Shown: positions 37,444-51,100 of the stretch, one piece after another
Layout of the letters: every line of letters starts with the position of its first letter
Numbering within the stretch: position 1 is the stretch's first letter
Assembly (NCBI GenBank): GCA_973895155.1
Contig: OZ316893.1
Location: forward strand, 2,316,420 to 2,380,419
Direction: 5' to 3'
Source: Marsupella aquatica
Taxonomy: Eukaryota > Plantae > Marchantiophyta
DNA length: 64,000 bases
The notes under the pieces: generated by a model
Told to the model about the DNA's origin: nothing
What the model saw: the letters and a program-made list of their open reading frames with translations, nothing else
Databases searched by the model: none
Program-made: the position numbers and the translations under genes

Positions 37444-40400
37444 TTAAATTTTGACCATTTCGATGGATCTCATTTGGTACACCTCCAAGCTCTTGACACG
37501 GATGGGGGTGGTTCCGTTGTTGAAGAGGAAGAGATGCGATTTGGAGTTCAAGGCCACCGTCGGGTAGACTCGCGATGTGATGGCCAGTCTGCCTCCTTGC
37601 ACGAAAGTCTCGACAACTGAGTGATCCACCTGCAGAACATCGTTATGCGCACACAACGTTATTCGGCCGAGTTCACAATGAAGACCAAAAAGTTATGACG
37701 AAGACACGTAAGTTGATGGCAGTACGTTTCTAGAATTGAGCCTATGCCGCCGGAACTGCACATTCTATGGCTCTTTCCAAAACTGTGTGGGGCCAGAAAA
37801 CAATTGATTTTTCATGAGTATATGTGGTACTTACAAGGATTCGCAAGGTCAGGGTGTCCTCGGATGGCAAAACTGTAATAGAGCTGCCATAAACGGTTTT
37901 GTCGAGACCAGATGCCAATGAGGACCTGCATTGCATTTAAGGCAGAACATGTCAATTCCGCGTTTCCTAACTGACACAACAATTACTGTTCACGAGAAAT
38001 TCCCGCTACATGTAAAGTGAACAAAATAATTGCGTGGGTCACAGGTCTGTGATGGTTGCGGTACACGAAACAGGTACTCGCCAAACTTCTTCCACTGTAC
38101 AAATATCGACGAGTCCCAGAAACTTCGTCTTTGCTTCTCACAAGTATAATGAAGGGACACCCAAAAAAACCCGAAATTAAAAGCTACGAAATTAGACCAA
38201 CGAAAAGAAAACTTCAGTTACAAATTAAACTATGGTGTTTGATCTCTGCTGGTTTCTTCAATTGAAGAAGTCAGCATAGACGTGGCTTCTAGCACGTCGA
38301 TTTCGCACTACTAATTTTTCAATATATTACTAGCTGTCGGACTCTGAGATCGGAGACCGGTCACGTCTCCGACTTCGTTGAAACAATTTGAACAGCCTGG
38401 GTGGCAAGAACGCACCTGCTCTGGTCGCTGCACACTCTCGTGGCCCACTGCCCGTTTTTCAGGGGAGAGATGTAGAAGAAAACGCCCGTGTGCTCGGTGA
38501 GTGCGTCATCGGCGTGGACAAGAAGCCCGAAGGGCCCAAACACGCCCCTTTGAGCCGAGCCTCCTTGGCCGCAGTCAAATTCCTGCTCCTCAGCCTCATC
38601 CACTTTGTTTACGTCTGGCTTCTCAAACGCAACCACGATATCCAACTGCACGCATACCATCAGACGAATCAGATGAGTTCTTCTACAGTTTACATGTGCA
38701 AAACCTAGTAAAACTTGGAACATCTCTGAAGAATACCGGGATTTGATCGATCAGACCACATTGCACCCTAGTACATTAAAAGTTGTGAAAGGCAATCTAC
38801 AGTAGAGGGCGACCTTCAGGAACCTTTAAGGTTGGAGTCGCAGGATTATCTGAGCAGATCGACTTGCAGAGTGCTGCTGGCAAATAAGGAAAAGCAGTGA
38901 CGCCTTCTACTGTAGTTTCTTTGCCTGCTCATCTACTGCTCTGCGCCTGTACGTCTCGCGTAGACGCTGTTTAGGATTGATGCGCTTTGAATAAAACACT
39001 TTCGGAGGAACAAAACAATCAGACGGAGTAATTATCTGAGATATTTCACGGCCAGAACATTGTAGACAGCTATGGTCACGGTCGCATGTGACGTCAGAAA
39101 CACCTCCAAAGTTCGGTAACACCTACCAGCTAGAGGATAACCAAATAACTAAAATTCTTGGAGCGAAGCGTTTCCTCTCGACTATGGATGCCGTCACCAC
39201 TACTGTAGCCTTATCCAAAGGGTCTGATGTTTAAGCATATAATTATTGTCCCGCGCTCCAAACAGCATTTCTCTATGAATAATTGGATAAACCACGGTAG
39301 TCGCCAACTTCAAGATCTTGTTTACATTCCACAAGATCACAAGATCCCCAAATACAGCCGTCAATCGAGTTCAACTACAGTAGACAAAGTCGAAACTCAA
39401 AAAGTAGTGGGTACAAGGTGATTATCCCACAGTGAGGGGAGAGTAAGAGACGCTATCGTGTGCACTTTTGTCACGGCTCTACAGGTCACCTTTCATAACT
39501 TAGAATCTTGTGAATGGGATGTGCAAGGTTTCTCAGGGTTGGAGATGCTTTTTACAAACTCCAAACGGGCAGACAACATTTGGCAACGAGTACAAGTTAC
39601 ATCTTGGATACAGAGCCGGGTAGGTAGGGGGTGGGTGGAGCTGGGTATACCTGAGGTCCATCTGCTCCTTTTACTTTCACGACTTCTGTGGGTTGCAAGA
39701 GGATGTTTTCAGAAGAAGATTTCGCTCCACGAAGGGCATCCACTTCCGCAACCGGCCATTGCAGCAGATTTTTGTTGGTTAAGCCATCCAGCCAAACGGT
39801 CCTGGGAATTGTCTGCAGAAAGAAAATAATGGTCCGTGACGATGCACGTCACTTGAGCAGTCAGTTACTTTTCCACAGTACGCGATCGATAAAACATGAT
39901 CCTGTCGAGGGAACTACATTGATTAGGCTAGAAAGATCGAGTCAGAATATAAGTGGATCATTGCATTAAATTATGTACCCGAGATTAATGGTTCCCAATT
40001 CACAGGTGCAGCTTTGAGACGGATACAGAGTGAATGGATTGAAAGAACACAGACCATGACGGACGCCCATCCCTTGATGATGTCGTCCTGAACGCTGTCT
40101 GATTCATTGGCCCAACCCCACAAAATTCGCCTGTTGGTCTTAGAGTCGAAGAATGTCTTAGATGCATAAAACTTTCCGTAGTCATAGCGATATCCTATTC
40201 CCACGTCCAAACTAGGGTCGTCAGGAATGAACGTGTGAGTCTTCATCGAGTAAGTGCCGATGGCGTAGTGATCGTGCCATATCCCGTCCAGACTCGCCTT
40301 CAACACGTACTTGTAAGTGTCCACGTAGTTTTCTGCTCGCAAGACAGAGTGGTTCAGCCCAGTCTTGCCTTGGACCAAAACTGGATAAAAATCGACGCAC

Positions 40401-42211
40401 TCCCACATGCCTGTGCCTTTCACTTCGTGCAGAAGCTGCTCCTTCATGTCCCAGTGTTGGAAATCAGCGCTCTGATATAGCAGTGCAAATCCATCTTTAG
40501 TTCCGTCAGGATTATCTCTCTTGGCTCCCACAACGAGCCTCCACATCCCATCATCCTCCAGCCAAGCAGTGGTAGGATCTCGGAAATCCTGAGGATTGAC
40601 GTGCTCAGGATTAACGATGATAGGATTGTTTTCCGCTTTCTTCCATTTTCTCAACAATGGATCGGAGGGGTCCACGGGCAAGGCCAATTCTTGAGTTTGT
40701 GTCAAACCACCGTCTCGTGCGCCGGTGTAGAGAATTGCAGGAGTTCCATCTTGTAGGATAGTAGCAGAACCGGACCAAGCCCCAGCCGCGTCGTACCACT
40801 GATCAGGCATTATGGCGAGCTCGAGATGCAGCCAGTGGACAAGGTCGGTGGACACCGCATGGCCCCAGGCGATGTCTCCCCACAAGGAACTGTTGGGATT
40901 ATATTGATAAAACAAGTGGTAGTATCCCATGTAGTACATCGGTGCTGCATATCCATTGTTTTCGGTCCAACATTTCACATGTCAGTAAAGCGTCAAAGAC
41001 TTCCAATGCAAGTAGGTTACATGATCGAGCATTCGAGTATATATATGGTAAAGAGTAGTTGAGGACCACATTACGACGAATTCTACTCTTGATTTCCTGA
41101 CCTCCAAGCACATGGCGGCTCATATGTTGGACGCAAGAGGTTCTACTGTACATCGAGGTTACGATCAACAGAAGGAAGATGCCGATATATACAAGACACA
41201 GACGGTGCGTCGCATGTCTAGTGCATGGAAGAAGCAAGGTCAATCAATCTACTGTAGGGTGCTGTCAATCCAGGTAGTTCTCCTGAAGTCGTTGGCGCCT
41301 GGACAAGCCTAGCTAGAACTCGACATTCAAGTCGTAGACTTGCCACCTGCCAGCGTTACATTTTCTCACGTAAATTGACAAATTCCCATGACAAACTTCA
41401 TCTGGTCGTCTTGAGATCTAATTGACCAACCCTGCGCATAGACGGACTTTTCGCTGTAGGACACATGTGTCCCAAGAAGCAATTAAATACTGTCTATATA
41501 CACAACATTCATTTTTTCGGCGCCTTTCAGGCTGAAAGTGCAGAGAGTGATCGAGAGCAGCTCGGTGCTTTAGAAACATACCATTTGGATCTGTTGACAA
41601 AAGGAAAGGTCGTCGTTCAATTCCGTCCATCAACGTTATGGAGTCGAAGACACAAGTGAACTAGTTAGCATTGAACCGAACATATGTAGATCACTGTATC
41701 CATATCTAGTTCCCAACCTTCTCACTATATATATGACAGGAAACATGGAATGAGACAACGTACACCAGGACGGCTTTATGGATCTATCGAGGATGAAATT
41801 GGATAGAAGGAATCGATTCAGCTCACCGTTCATCCAGTTCTTGGTGGGCTGGAAGTGGTAGCCAGTGCGGGACGCTTTGTAGAAATCATTGGCACCATCG
41901 GCGTTTGGTTCAGCCTCAATTAGGCCGCCGCCTCCATTTTGCTTAATTACTGCGTTGTACGAGACCATTGCTCCGACGGCCAGCAGGATTGCTGCAGTGC
42001 AGCAGATGGTGATCACAAGAGCCACATTCCGGGTCCTCCTCTGAGGACGTGCACGTTCCACAGCTTCTTCTGGTATTTCAGTTGCCCCTTGTTCTGCTGA
42101 CGATGGGAGGGCAATGTAATCCTCGTTCACCGTCGAAATTCTTGCATTGCTGCAACTTTCGATGTCCTCATCATGGAGCAAGGATTCCTCCAACATATCA
42201 GACTTTCCCAT
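37444..42211 (-). CDS. Acid beta-fructofuranosidase (GH32), vacuolar-invertase type, 7 exons, ~650 aa
   Basis: Exons 42211-41827, 41590-41582, 40944-40055, 39812-39651, 38645-38416, 37925-37835, 37629-37444; all GT-AG and in phase (1953 nt). Motifs WMNDPNA, WSGSAT, FRDP, WECVD, DYGKFYASKTF, VDHSVVETF. N-terminal YIALP, a basic patch and a TM anchor are typical of vacuolar invertases. Confidence 0.95.
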
Positions 42212-45200
42212 AGTTCCACCAGTTTGCGATCCGGCCGAGTTCTTCCTCAAAGATTTTCTAAATCAAGGGACCTCTATCTCCAAGATCATGGAGGTCGGCA
42301 GCTGTTGGCACGAGCCACCGTTGCGTAATCGTCGAAGGACGAAGCAAAGGAAATCAAAGGCAGTCCGAGCGAGAAACTTGTGCACAGAGCGATTGAACAC
42401 CCTCTCCCGCTTATGGTGGGGAAGTAATTTATCCTCCTCCGATCACACGCTGCTAGATCTGAAACTTGTTGCGGGATTTATACGCTAGACCAGAGCGACA
42501 GCTTGTGGTCGCCGTTGTCTGCGGAACGACACGATGAAGTGCGAGGTCGTCCCACACACCCGGATCAGTTGAGCTAAGGTGATTCAAAGCAGCGTCATGG
42601 CCCGGAATAAATCTACAGTAGCTACGTCAATTCGAATTTTGGGTAGACACTCTGTGAGTGCACGAGGCTTCATTCACATTAACTCGTGATTGCCCCGGTC
42701 AAAAGCATGATTATCACGCCAGCAATCCTCCTCTCCATCTGAGTTCTACACGACTATTCAACAAAACAATCAGGACAGGTTCAGGACAGGATTCCGAATG
42801 CCGGTCGGTTCGCCGCCGGGGTTCGCCGGGACGAAGTTCCCCTTTGAGGATTAATTACTCAGTCTGAGAAAACAAATGTACTCCTCGATATATCAGGAGG
42901 ATTACACAGCCGCCAGTGTCATTTTGCAAAGATTTTTATTTTACTCAAGGTCACGTGCAATGAATGGGCCGGGCTTACAACAGCGTCCATGGGCACAAAC
43001 ACCCCTCAGAACAGTGTCTTCAAGCTTCAGAGGCGATTTACGCACGAGGAACGACTTTTCCGTGTTCACTATCTAGAGCCGAACCATAGATATTCCGCGG
43101 ACTAGATTCATAGACATCTGGACCAATGATCATCTTCCATGGTAGTTCTAAGATATATATTACTCTTGTATAGTTCTTTTTGCCGTTGGAAAGTGAGATT
43201 TGTCAGCCAAGTGGGTCCCCGTTGTGTTGTTTTCCTGAAGTAAGTATCGATCGTTTTCTATTTGCATGATTTAGAACATAATCAGCATGCGCCGTCTGTT
43301 ACGATGTTCAACAGGTACATTCCTGCTATACTCTACCGTGTTAATTTCTGCAAAATAATGCACTTTGTGCTTAAGCTCTTTCGACCCGCAGAACACGCGA
43401 TCTCTCACGCACTATGATTGATTCAATCATTCAATTTTAGGATGGAGTGGGGTTACGTGTGTCGGCTGTGAACCTTAAATTACGAGGAAGGCTAGGTCCT
43501 CAGTTCCCTCCGTTCCCTATATATCTTGCACGCAATATGATTGAACATGCATGGAGATACCAAGCACTGGCTAACGCAAAATTATATGACAAATGTACAA
43601 GTGTACAAGTGTCTTGAGATGAAGCTCATCGCCTAGAACGGATGAGCTGTCCTTCTTTTAACACTTGTACTTGGAACTCGGAGGAAATCAAGGATAGGCC
43701 GTGAAGCAACGATTCCTCTCGCTGGTTTACGGGCTTTTGGGACACAACTTCTGGAATGGAAGAATCACGAATTAAGAATGTGGAGATGAGCTCATCGTGA
43801 CGGGAGAGTTTGGGACAATGTAAATTCTATTTGATACCATAGAAATTCGCATTGCCCACACTTCCTTTCTTCTGAATTCTGGCCGATAGAAAGTCGGTAC
43901 CGCCCGAGCTAGCGCAGGGCAGCCATGCAACCATGGACAGAAAAGCTGCTACTATCCAAATTTTGATTGTCTTATGTACGTGCTTTTCCTTTATGAAAAA
44001 TTATGTGAAGAGTTGGGATTTTGTGGACAGGTTTGGATGTGGTTTGGGACTTTGGACAGCTCATCAGTTTTTTTCTTCAAGCCTTCGTTAGATGTCGTCA
44101 CTTTTCCCATTCAATGTCGTTATTTGTCTCTCCTTTCCTTTCTCTATATCTTTTTTGATCACTACTAAGGTAAGCTCATATATAACCCATGCCTTCCTGA
44201 TAGGCACTACTTTTTCCTTTCTCGTTCATGGACACGAGTTTTACACCAATCTATGTAGAGTGGTTCCAATGGAATGGTTTGAAATGGAAGAGAGGATTAA
44301 AGACATGCCAATATGGAGAGTGGCTCCTATGGGAAGAAGCTCGCCAAACATATATGACTCAACTCAATGTGCATGGTTTGTAACTATCCAATGTGTGACT
44401 AGCTATGTCATTCTATGTAAGTGCTTAAAAAATGGTTTAATGCAGCTGGCTGGGTCTTGTTTGCCAACTTTGGAAGTTTCTCTGGCACTACACCTTAGCT
44501 TGCTGATGGTAGCACATGAGGTGATTTCAGAGGTCAAAACCTAGGCTTTATCCACATATTAAGAAACCTCCATTGTGAAATCAGAAAAAAATGGGGACTA
44601 CCTTTCCTAGCTCACATGACCTGGTAGTCATGTGAGCTGGTAAAGGCTATAGACAGGTCATGTGAGCTGTTAAAGGCTATAGTCACCTGAGAGTTCCATC
44701 TGTCCCCCAAGGAATTTGGCAAAGCAACTACACAGAAGCTTGTGATTACATATATTCCTAAAATATAGAGATGAAAAGCTTCTATTAAGAGTGGACTGCA
44801 CGTACTGTAGGGCCCCACCAAAATTTATGTGGATGGAAAAACCCAAGGCATGTTATGCATTTCAAAATCATGATCATGGATGATGATTGCTGTCAACATT
44901 TCTATTAACATTCAAAGAATTGGCATTTAGGTTTGTTTAAATGAGCTTGGAGTGGCACAAAGTGCACGCACTCACTTTGTGGGTCCAGCTCCATTTTTCA
45001 GGAAGAGAACATTGCCAAGTCCATTCACGGTTGAATCAAAGACAAAAGCAATTCCACGATTCACCAAAAATGGCCCAACAAAGTAAAATGGAACAAAAGC
45101 AAACGAGGAGCTCCATAATCTGGTAGAGACATGCCCAACATGACCTCAAGGTTAAATCTGTCAGCACAAAAGTACCAATTTACTAGAAAGGGCCAAGCAA

Positions 45201-45563
45201 AGTGCAATGGAGCAAAGCCAAAGAGATCGTGAGAGGACAAACAGAAACAACCCACATTCAAGAGTGTTGTGTATTTGTTGTTTTAAATTGATTTCATGAT
45301 TGTACAGATTAATCTTAATTTGGTGTGAATGAGTAGCCCAATGCCTGCCATTGCACACTTGTTGTCAAATGGAGGTTGTTGTTGGAGAAATGTGTTACCA
45401 TAGAAATGGTGTTGTTTCTTGAGAGTTTGTCCTTGTGGGAAGAGTTTTGTGCGTGCAGTCCAGTGGTTGCAAGATGAAAGTACATACGGGTTGTGGAATG
45501 ATGCAGAGCACCAGAAGTCAAAAAGCAAGGGATGATGCAAGGGTTACACTGTAGATGCCCTGC

Positions 45564-46109
45564 TGATAATCACACATCAAAATGTGATAATATATGGTGT
45601 GCAGTCACTCATTTAAAGAAATAACGACATTGTTCACCCTAATTAGTGTTATGCAAGAATTAGTGTTAGTACATAATTAATGTTACTAACACTAATTTTG
45701 GTAAAAATGATTTTGAGTCCAAATAACACTAATTTTTGTTGGTTTTCAAAACAAATTGACTTGACTTCACTTTAGTATAAATTGCTTGTAAAAAATGGTG
45801 ATCTTTAGTCCAAAGTAACACTAATTGTTGTGTATTTTTCAAAATAGTTGTATTTTACTTTACTTTGCCACTTTTAAGACCATAGTAACACTAATTCATG
45901 TGCGCACAAATAGTGTTAGCACAAAATTAGTGTGACTAACACTAATTCACAAGTAGACCCTGAAAATGGGCGCTCTCAAATTAGTGTTAGTCACACTAAT
46001 TACGGTGAATAGTGTACATTTATCATTAATTACGGTGAACAGTGTACATTTATCATGGTATGGAGTGATGTAGTACACCATATATGTCATATTTTGATGT
46101 GCAGTTACC
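45564..46109. mobile_element. MITE-like non-autonomous DNA element
   Basis: Imperfect TIRs: CACATCAAAATGTGATAATATATGGTGTGC (~45573-45602) vs GTACACCATATATGTCATATTTTGATGTG (~46073-46101). Interior is rich in TTAGTGTT/AACACTAA motifs. TSD not resolved. Confidence 0.75.
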
Positions 46110-48113
46110 GGGACTTGTTTAAATGGGTAGTGAGCAGGGGTCGGGGGAGCTGCTTGGGTGAGAATCAAGCCAAGAGCTGAAGTAAGGATAATTTAGATGC
46201 AAGGTCAGGTGAAGGTGTTTGGCAGAAAACCTTTGATTAATCCCCTTTTCATTTGGCCTCCTGTTGTTCAATTTCCTTCCCTCCCCACATCTGTGGTCAA
46301 TATTATAAATTTTGTAGATGTTGACCATAAGTTGTCATTCTTAACAACATTGAGAGATGCAAGTATTGTTGAGATGTCAAGAACCACCCCAACACACAAA
46401 AATGACGGGAGAAGTTCAAATTAGGGTGTCTTTCATTAAAAACAGACAGCATTTGTAACACCAGGATGATATTGGGTGAGTAAAAATTAAAGCTTGTTGT
46501 TAGGTTGTAAAAAGATCTTCACCCCAATAATATGACTTGAGCTTATTGCTATGCAAAGTGCTTTTAAGACCAGGGTTTGTAACACGCTACCAAACATGAA
46601 TCACCAGCGAGGAAGGGTACTGCAAATCCGAGGCAAAGCGAGGTGGCTAGCTAGAGTAGCGTCCAATGTTGGATTTCTACTGCATTTGTAGAACTCTAGA
46701 TGCTCAGTGAGTTGATCTCTTCTGATGAATGCCAAATTTGGACTTCGGAAGCCATTTCAATCCTGCTGAATCCTGTCATGTACATTGGACGAATTTGCTT
46801 TCCATCGTGGTCAGGTGAACAAACCCCTCGGTTTTGCTTTGGCTTAGCTCAGCTGCAAGCCATCAATTTCCCAGGGTGCCAGTCCATCCACCTCCAAGTA
46901 TGTTGTGTAGAACGAGAGGATCCAGCCCCGATCCAGCAGCAGCTAGCAAGATTGGATGTTCGCGTGGAAGGAAGATGATTGGGCTGTTCCTAAGAAAAGC
47001 AAGGTTGAGAAGAAACTTGCTGTATGACAACTGTTGTATAGTGCAATGCTCCTCGCTAGCCACCTCTAGCCGCAGGCAGGCAGGTGCACACCATATCCAC
47101 ATCCATCAGGATGCATGCACTCTTCCTTCCCCGGCCTCACCTCTCGCGGGTAGCCGTTCTTCTCAGAGCCTCCAGCATCTTTCCATTAGTTTGATGCACT
47201 GGAGTTCCAAGTAGGTCCTCTTAAATCCTTTGTATCACCTGGAAAAGTTTATAGCCTCTCATGAAATTATGCACATTGAAACACATCAATGGGAGGTGAT
47301 GATGTGTTATGGCAACAATGTACCGTAGTGACACCCCGAAGTACAGTTTTCTGTGGACGGTCATGCTGTGAAATTTTGTATACAGCAGAGGGAGATCGAA
47401 GGTGTGCGCTGCCACCTGGGAGAAAAGCCCTGACCCAGAAGAGGCAATGGTCATTCATTGCTGTCGAAGTGTTGAAGGCATGCCTGGAATGTACGCCAGT
47501 CAGTGCATTGGTCTCACCTGCTGCCTTGGATTGCGCGTTGTCCAGCTGTGACTTACGAAGCGTTGATCTTACGGTATCTTTGGCAAGCTCCTTCGTTCAT
47601 GTAAGATCAGCATGAACCGCGTCCTCCGTTGAATCTTGTCGTCTCTCAAGTAACATAGTGCAAGTAATTCGTGACATAACGTGCACTGTAAGACTCGGAT
47701 CAGCAACAGTTGCTCGGACAAAGCTTTAGAAATCCTGTTGGTTCCATGTCAATCCTCGCTCTGACAATCAATTCTAGGATGTGAAGGCTTCCGAAGCCTC
47801 CAAAGTGTAATGCGCGTAAACAGTACTGACCATTTGGTTATCGAAGCCGCTTGAATTTGTTACCGAAATTAAGGCGAGGATTGAAATCGGCGACGAGAAT
47901 TCCAACTGTCTTGATGTTTTCGCACTTATTAAGTGTGAACGTGAAAGAGAAATATCTTGATTTGTATATACATTTAGACCAGTTTTTGTGCAATCCTCAT
48001 GCTCGATTTTCTGCGAAAACCTGCAATTTCATCATCATTATTTTTGCATCCACGCCTCCATCTAGATTCTCAACACCATTGGACCAAACTCGGGATTTTC
48101 CAAGGGTGAATTC

Positions 48114-51100
48114 ATGGACTATACTGGAGTGCAACAAGGAACGAAGCGAGAAGGGATGGAGCCTGCTCGATTGTGCTACAATCGAGACAATCTGGCATTA
48201 GTAGGCTCTGGCATTGATGCCATAGCTCGGGCGTCGGTGCCTCACATTCCTGTCCGCGCTGAATCAGATGGTCCTTACCTTATCATCGTCGCAACCGAGG
48301 ATGAACTTCGTCAATCATCTGAGGGATTCGACGAATCGTCACTGTCGGTCGTCAGTGACCAAGAGTCCATCATTGATCTCGGACTAGTGAGCAACCAAGG
48401 CGGATTCTACTTCAAAGCAATTTTCTGGAAGGAAGGGATCGAAATGAGGCGGAATCTGGGACTTCCTTTCAAGCAACTCCACATAGTTCTCAATGGAACG
48501 GACCGTCCCATTATCTCGGAGGTCAATTTGAGATCGGTAGCAAAGGCCTTGAATCTCGTGGAATCTTCCACCAGTTCTGTCGACCATGATCATCAAGTCT
48601 CGTTGGTCATCGACTACTGCAAGTTTCTAGCGCGGGATCCCTGTTTGATAGCAACAACTGGAACGGACATTGTGGCTATCTTATCTCATATGTCATCAAT
48701 CCCGCAACTCCGAGGTAGAGATGCAGCACTGCTGGACTTACTTGCAGTGGTGCTGTACAAGATAAAAGATATGGAGAGATGTGTGGCGGCGTCCAAGGAA
48801 TTGATGTCACTGTTCCCAAACGACCCTCGTGGCTACTTCCGATGTGCTTCTTGCTACTTTCACATGGGTAAGTCCTCTCTAGGTGAACGCCATGGAGCTG
48901 CTCCGGCTTACTGTTGGAAGCTTGCAATGATGCTCTATGCAGAAACGGTGAAGCTTGCTCAGATTGCTGGTGCTAAAGAAAGTCTGCAAGATGAGCAACA
49001 ACAAGCTGCATGCCGCTTTGCCGACAAGTTGATGCTGCAAGCGTGCCAAGCCATCCTCCATTGTGCCAGGTACACCGAATTCGGATGCTTGACAACAGGT
49101 GCTGAATCTGAGCTCTTCCCGGAAGAGTACCTCCATCTCACACTTCCTTGGAATCCGGGAGTGCGCGATGCAGTGCTCCAGGCTTTCATTGCAAGAGGGG
49201 AGCCTGCAGATACACAATTGCTGAGCTTGGAGTCACGCGAGAGATTGTGCATCTACGACAGTGAATCGAAGCAATTTCTCAAACTGCCGAGGTTCTTTCG
49301 GTGGATCACGCCGTTCCGAGTGGCGGCAATGTCGACGCCTAAAAGTGCAGAAGACGTTCGGTTACTGTCCAAGCTTGGAATTGGCACGGTAGTCACTCTC
49401 ACGAAGGAGGAACAGTTGAATTCCAAATGGTTCGAATTTACGGCAGCGTCGACTGACCCCAGGCCGAGCAATGTATTCCTTCCTGTGACTAACTACAAAG
49501 CACCCACAATTGCACAGATTGACTACTTCTTCTCTATCATCATTCAGTCCCGTCAGACAAATTCAGCAGTATTGGTGCATTGTGGTGGTGGCAAGGGGAG
49601 GGCGGGTACATTTGTCGCCTGCTACCTGGCCAGGTATGGATTCATTGGCATGGCAGATCAGCAACCAAAGTATGGCCCTACCGAAGTCGTTAAAACCCTT
49701 CGTCACATGCGACCTGGGAGCATTGAGACTGATGAGCAGGAGCTATTCATTTCTACTTTTGTGAAAGAGCTTTGGAGACGTGCACAGACAGGCGGGAAAC
49801 TCCTCCTGCTTCCAGAACCTGAGTCGCAGGACGTGAAGGATGATCTCCAAATTGAGGGGAAGTTCAATCCAAAATGCAAGATTTTGGTGTGCTGTGGCAT
49901 TCCAGGTACTATAAATTTCACCTTCCATGTGCAGAACCTCGTTGTTGGACTCCTGAGTTGAATTGGCGAGCTAGCTGGCTTAACGAGAGGCAATCTAAGC
50001 ACAGTATATGTTGTTTGGAACTGAGAGCTTTAATTCCTAGATCTTGAGCAAGATATACAACCGTACAGATATAATTGTCTGAACAAACATGTGTGGAATT
50101 CCTTGGAAAGCAGAGAATTTGATCATACACCTTTGTTAGTTGAAGAAGTGAATTTGCCGTCATCCCTTGTAGCTTCTGCAATCACAAACTTTCTATTCTA
50201 TTTTTTGTTTCAATCACTCGATCCGACCATGCTCCGATTCAATGATCAAGGTGGCTAGGACGGAGCCACATGTTGCGAGCGAATAAGTCACCCATGTGAT
50301 GAGATTTGTTCTCGGCGCAATCCATGTTACTTTGTCATTTGTCCTTGGATGGAGTTTTCGCATTGATCTCATTGCTAATGTAAGAGTTTCACCTTTCATG
50401 GTCTACTGTGATCTCAGGAAGTGGTAAGAGTACTGTCTCGAAATCTCTCGGACGGGCAGGCTGGACAGTTGCTTCACAGGATGAGACCGGATCTAGGGAT
50501 GGTTGCGCTGCCGTGGTGTCCAATGCAATGCGCCAAAGCAAGTCTGTCATCGTCGATAGGTGTAACCCAACAATTCATGATAGGAGGGAGTGGATCGAGC
50601 TGGCTATGGTGTCGCCCCACGAGGTATCGTGTGTCTTCTTCGACTATGACGAAAGTCTATGTCTTCAACGCGCTAAGTTGAGATTGGACCATCCTACTTT
50701 GACATCCGACAGGTACAAACTCGTCAACTTAGCTCAACCTTTCTCCAGAAAGTTTTCCTCACGTACATGCTCTGTTTTCTAGGACTTTGAATCAACTCCA
50801 GTAGTTCAACAATTCTAGATGCGTTGTCTAGCTGCACATATTGAAAGTTTAGTGGAACCTCCACTGACGATGAACATTTCTTGATCATCGACTAGCATTG
50901 ACTTCATTATTGGAGGTCCACAAACAAACAAACATACCAGTGCACTAATTTAATGGACAATTCCGATTTAGTGCAAGTCTCCTCCGTCAGCCTGTTTCTG
51001 GGAGTCACTTTGCAATGTACTGATGAGAGCTTCCGGTCTTGGATCAACAGTCAGTGTACAAATGCAATCCGAAGCATGAGCAAGAATTTAAAGCGGCCAT

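Noticed and set aside
44900-45300. hAT-like transposase trace (minus strand FCADRFNLEV)
   Set aside because: Only one degenerate motif among many stops; not enough to call.
46700-47750. Cluster of short ORFs upstream of the RNA-repair gene
   Set aside because: No consistent spliced frame or recognisable domain; possibly an old pseudogene.
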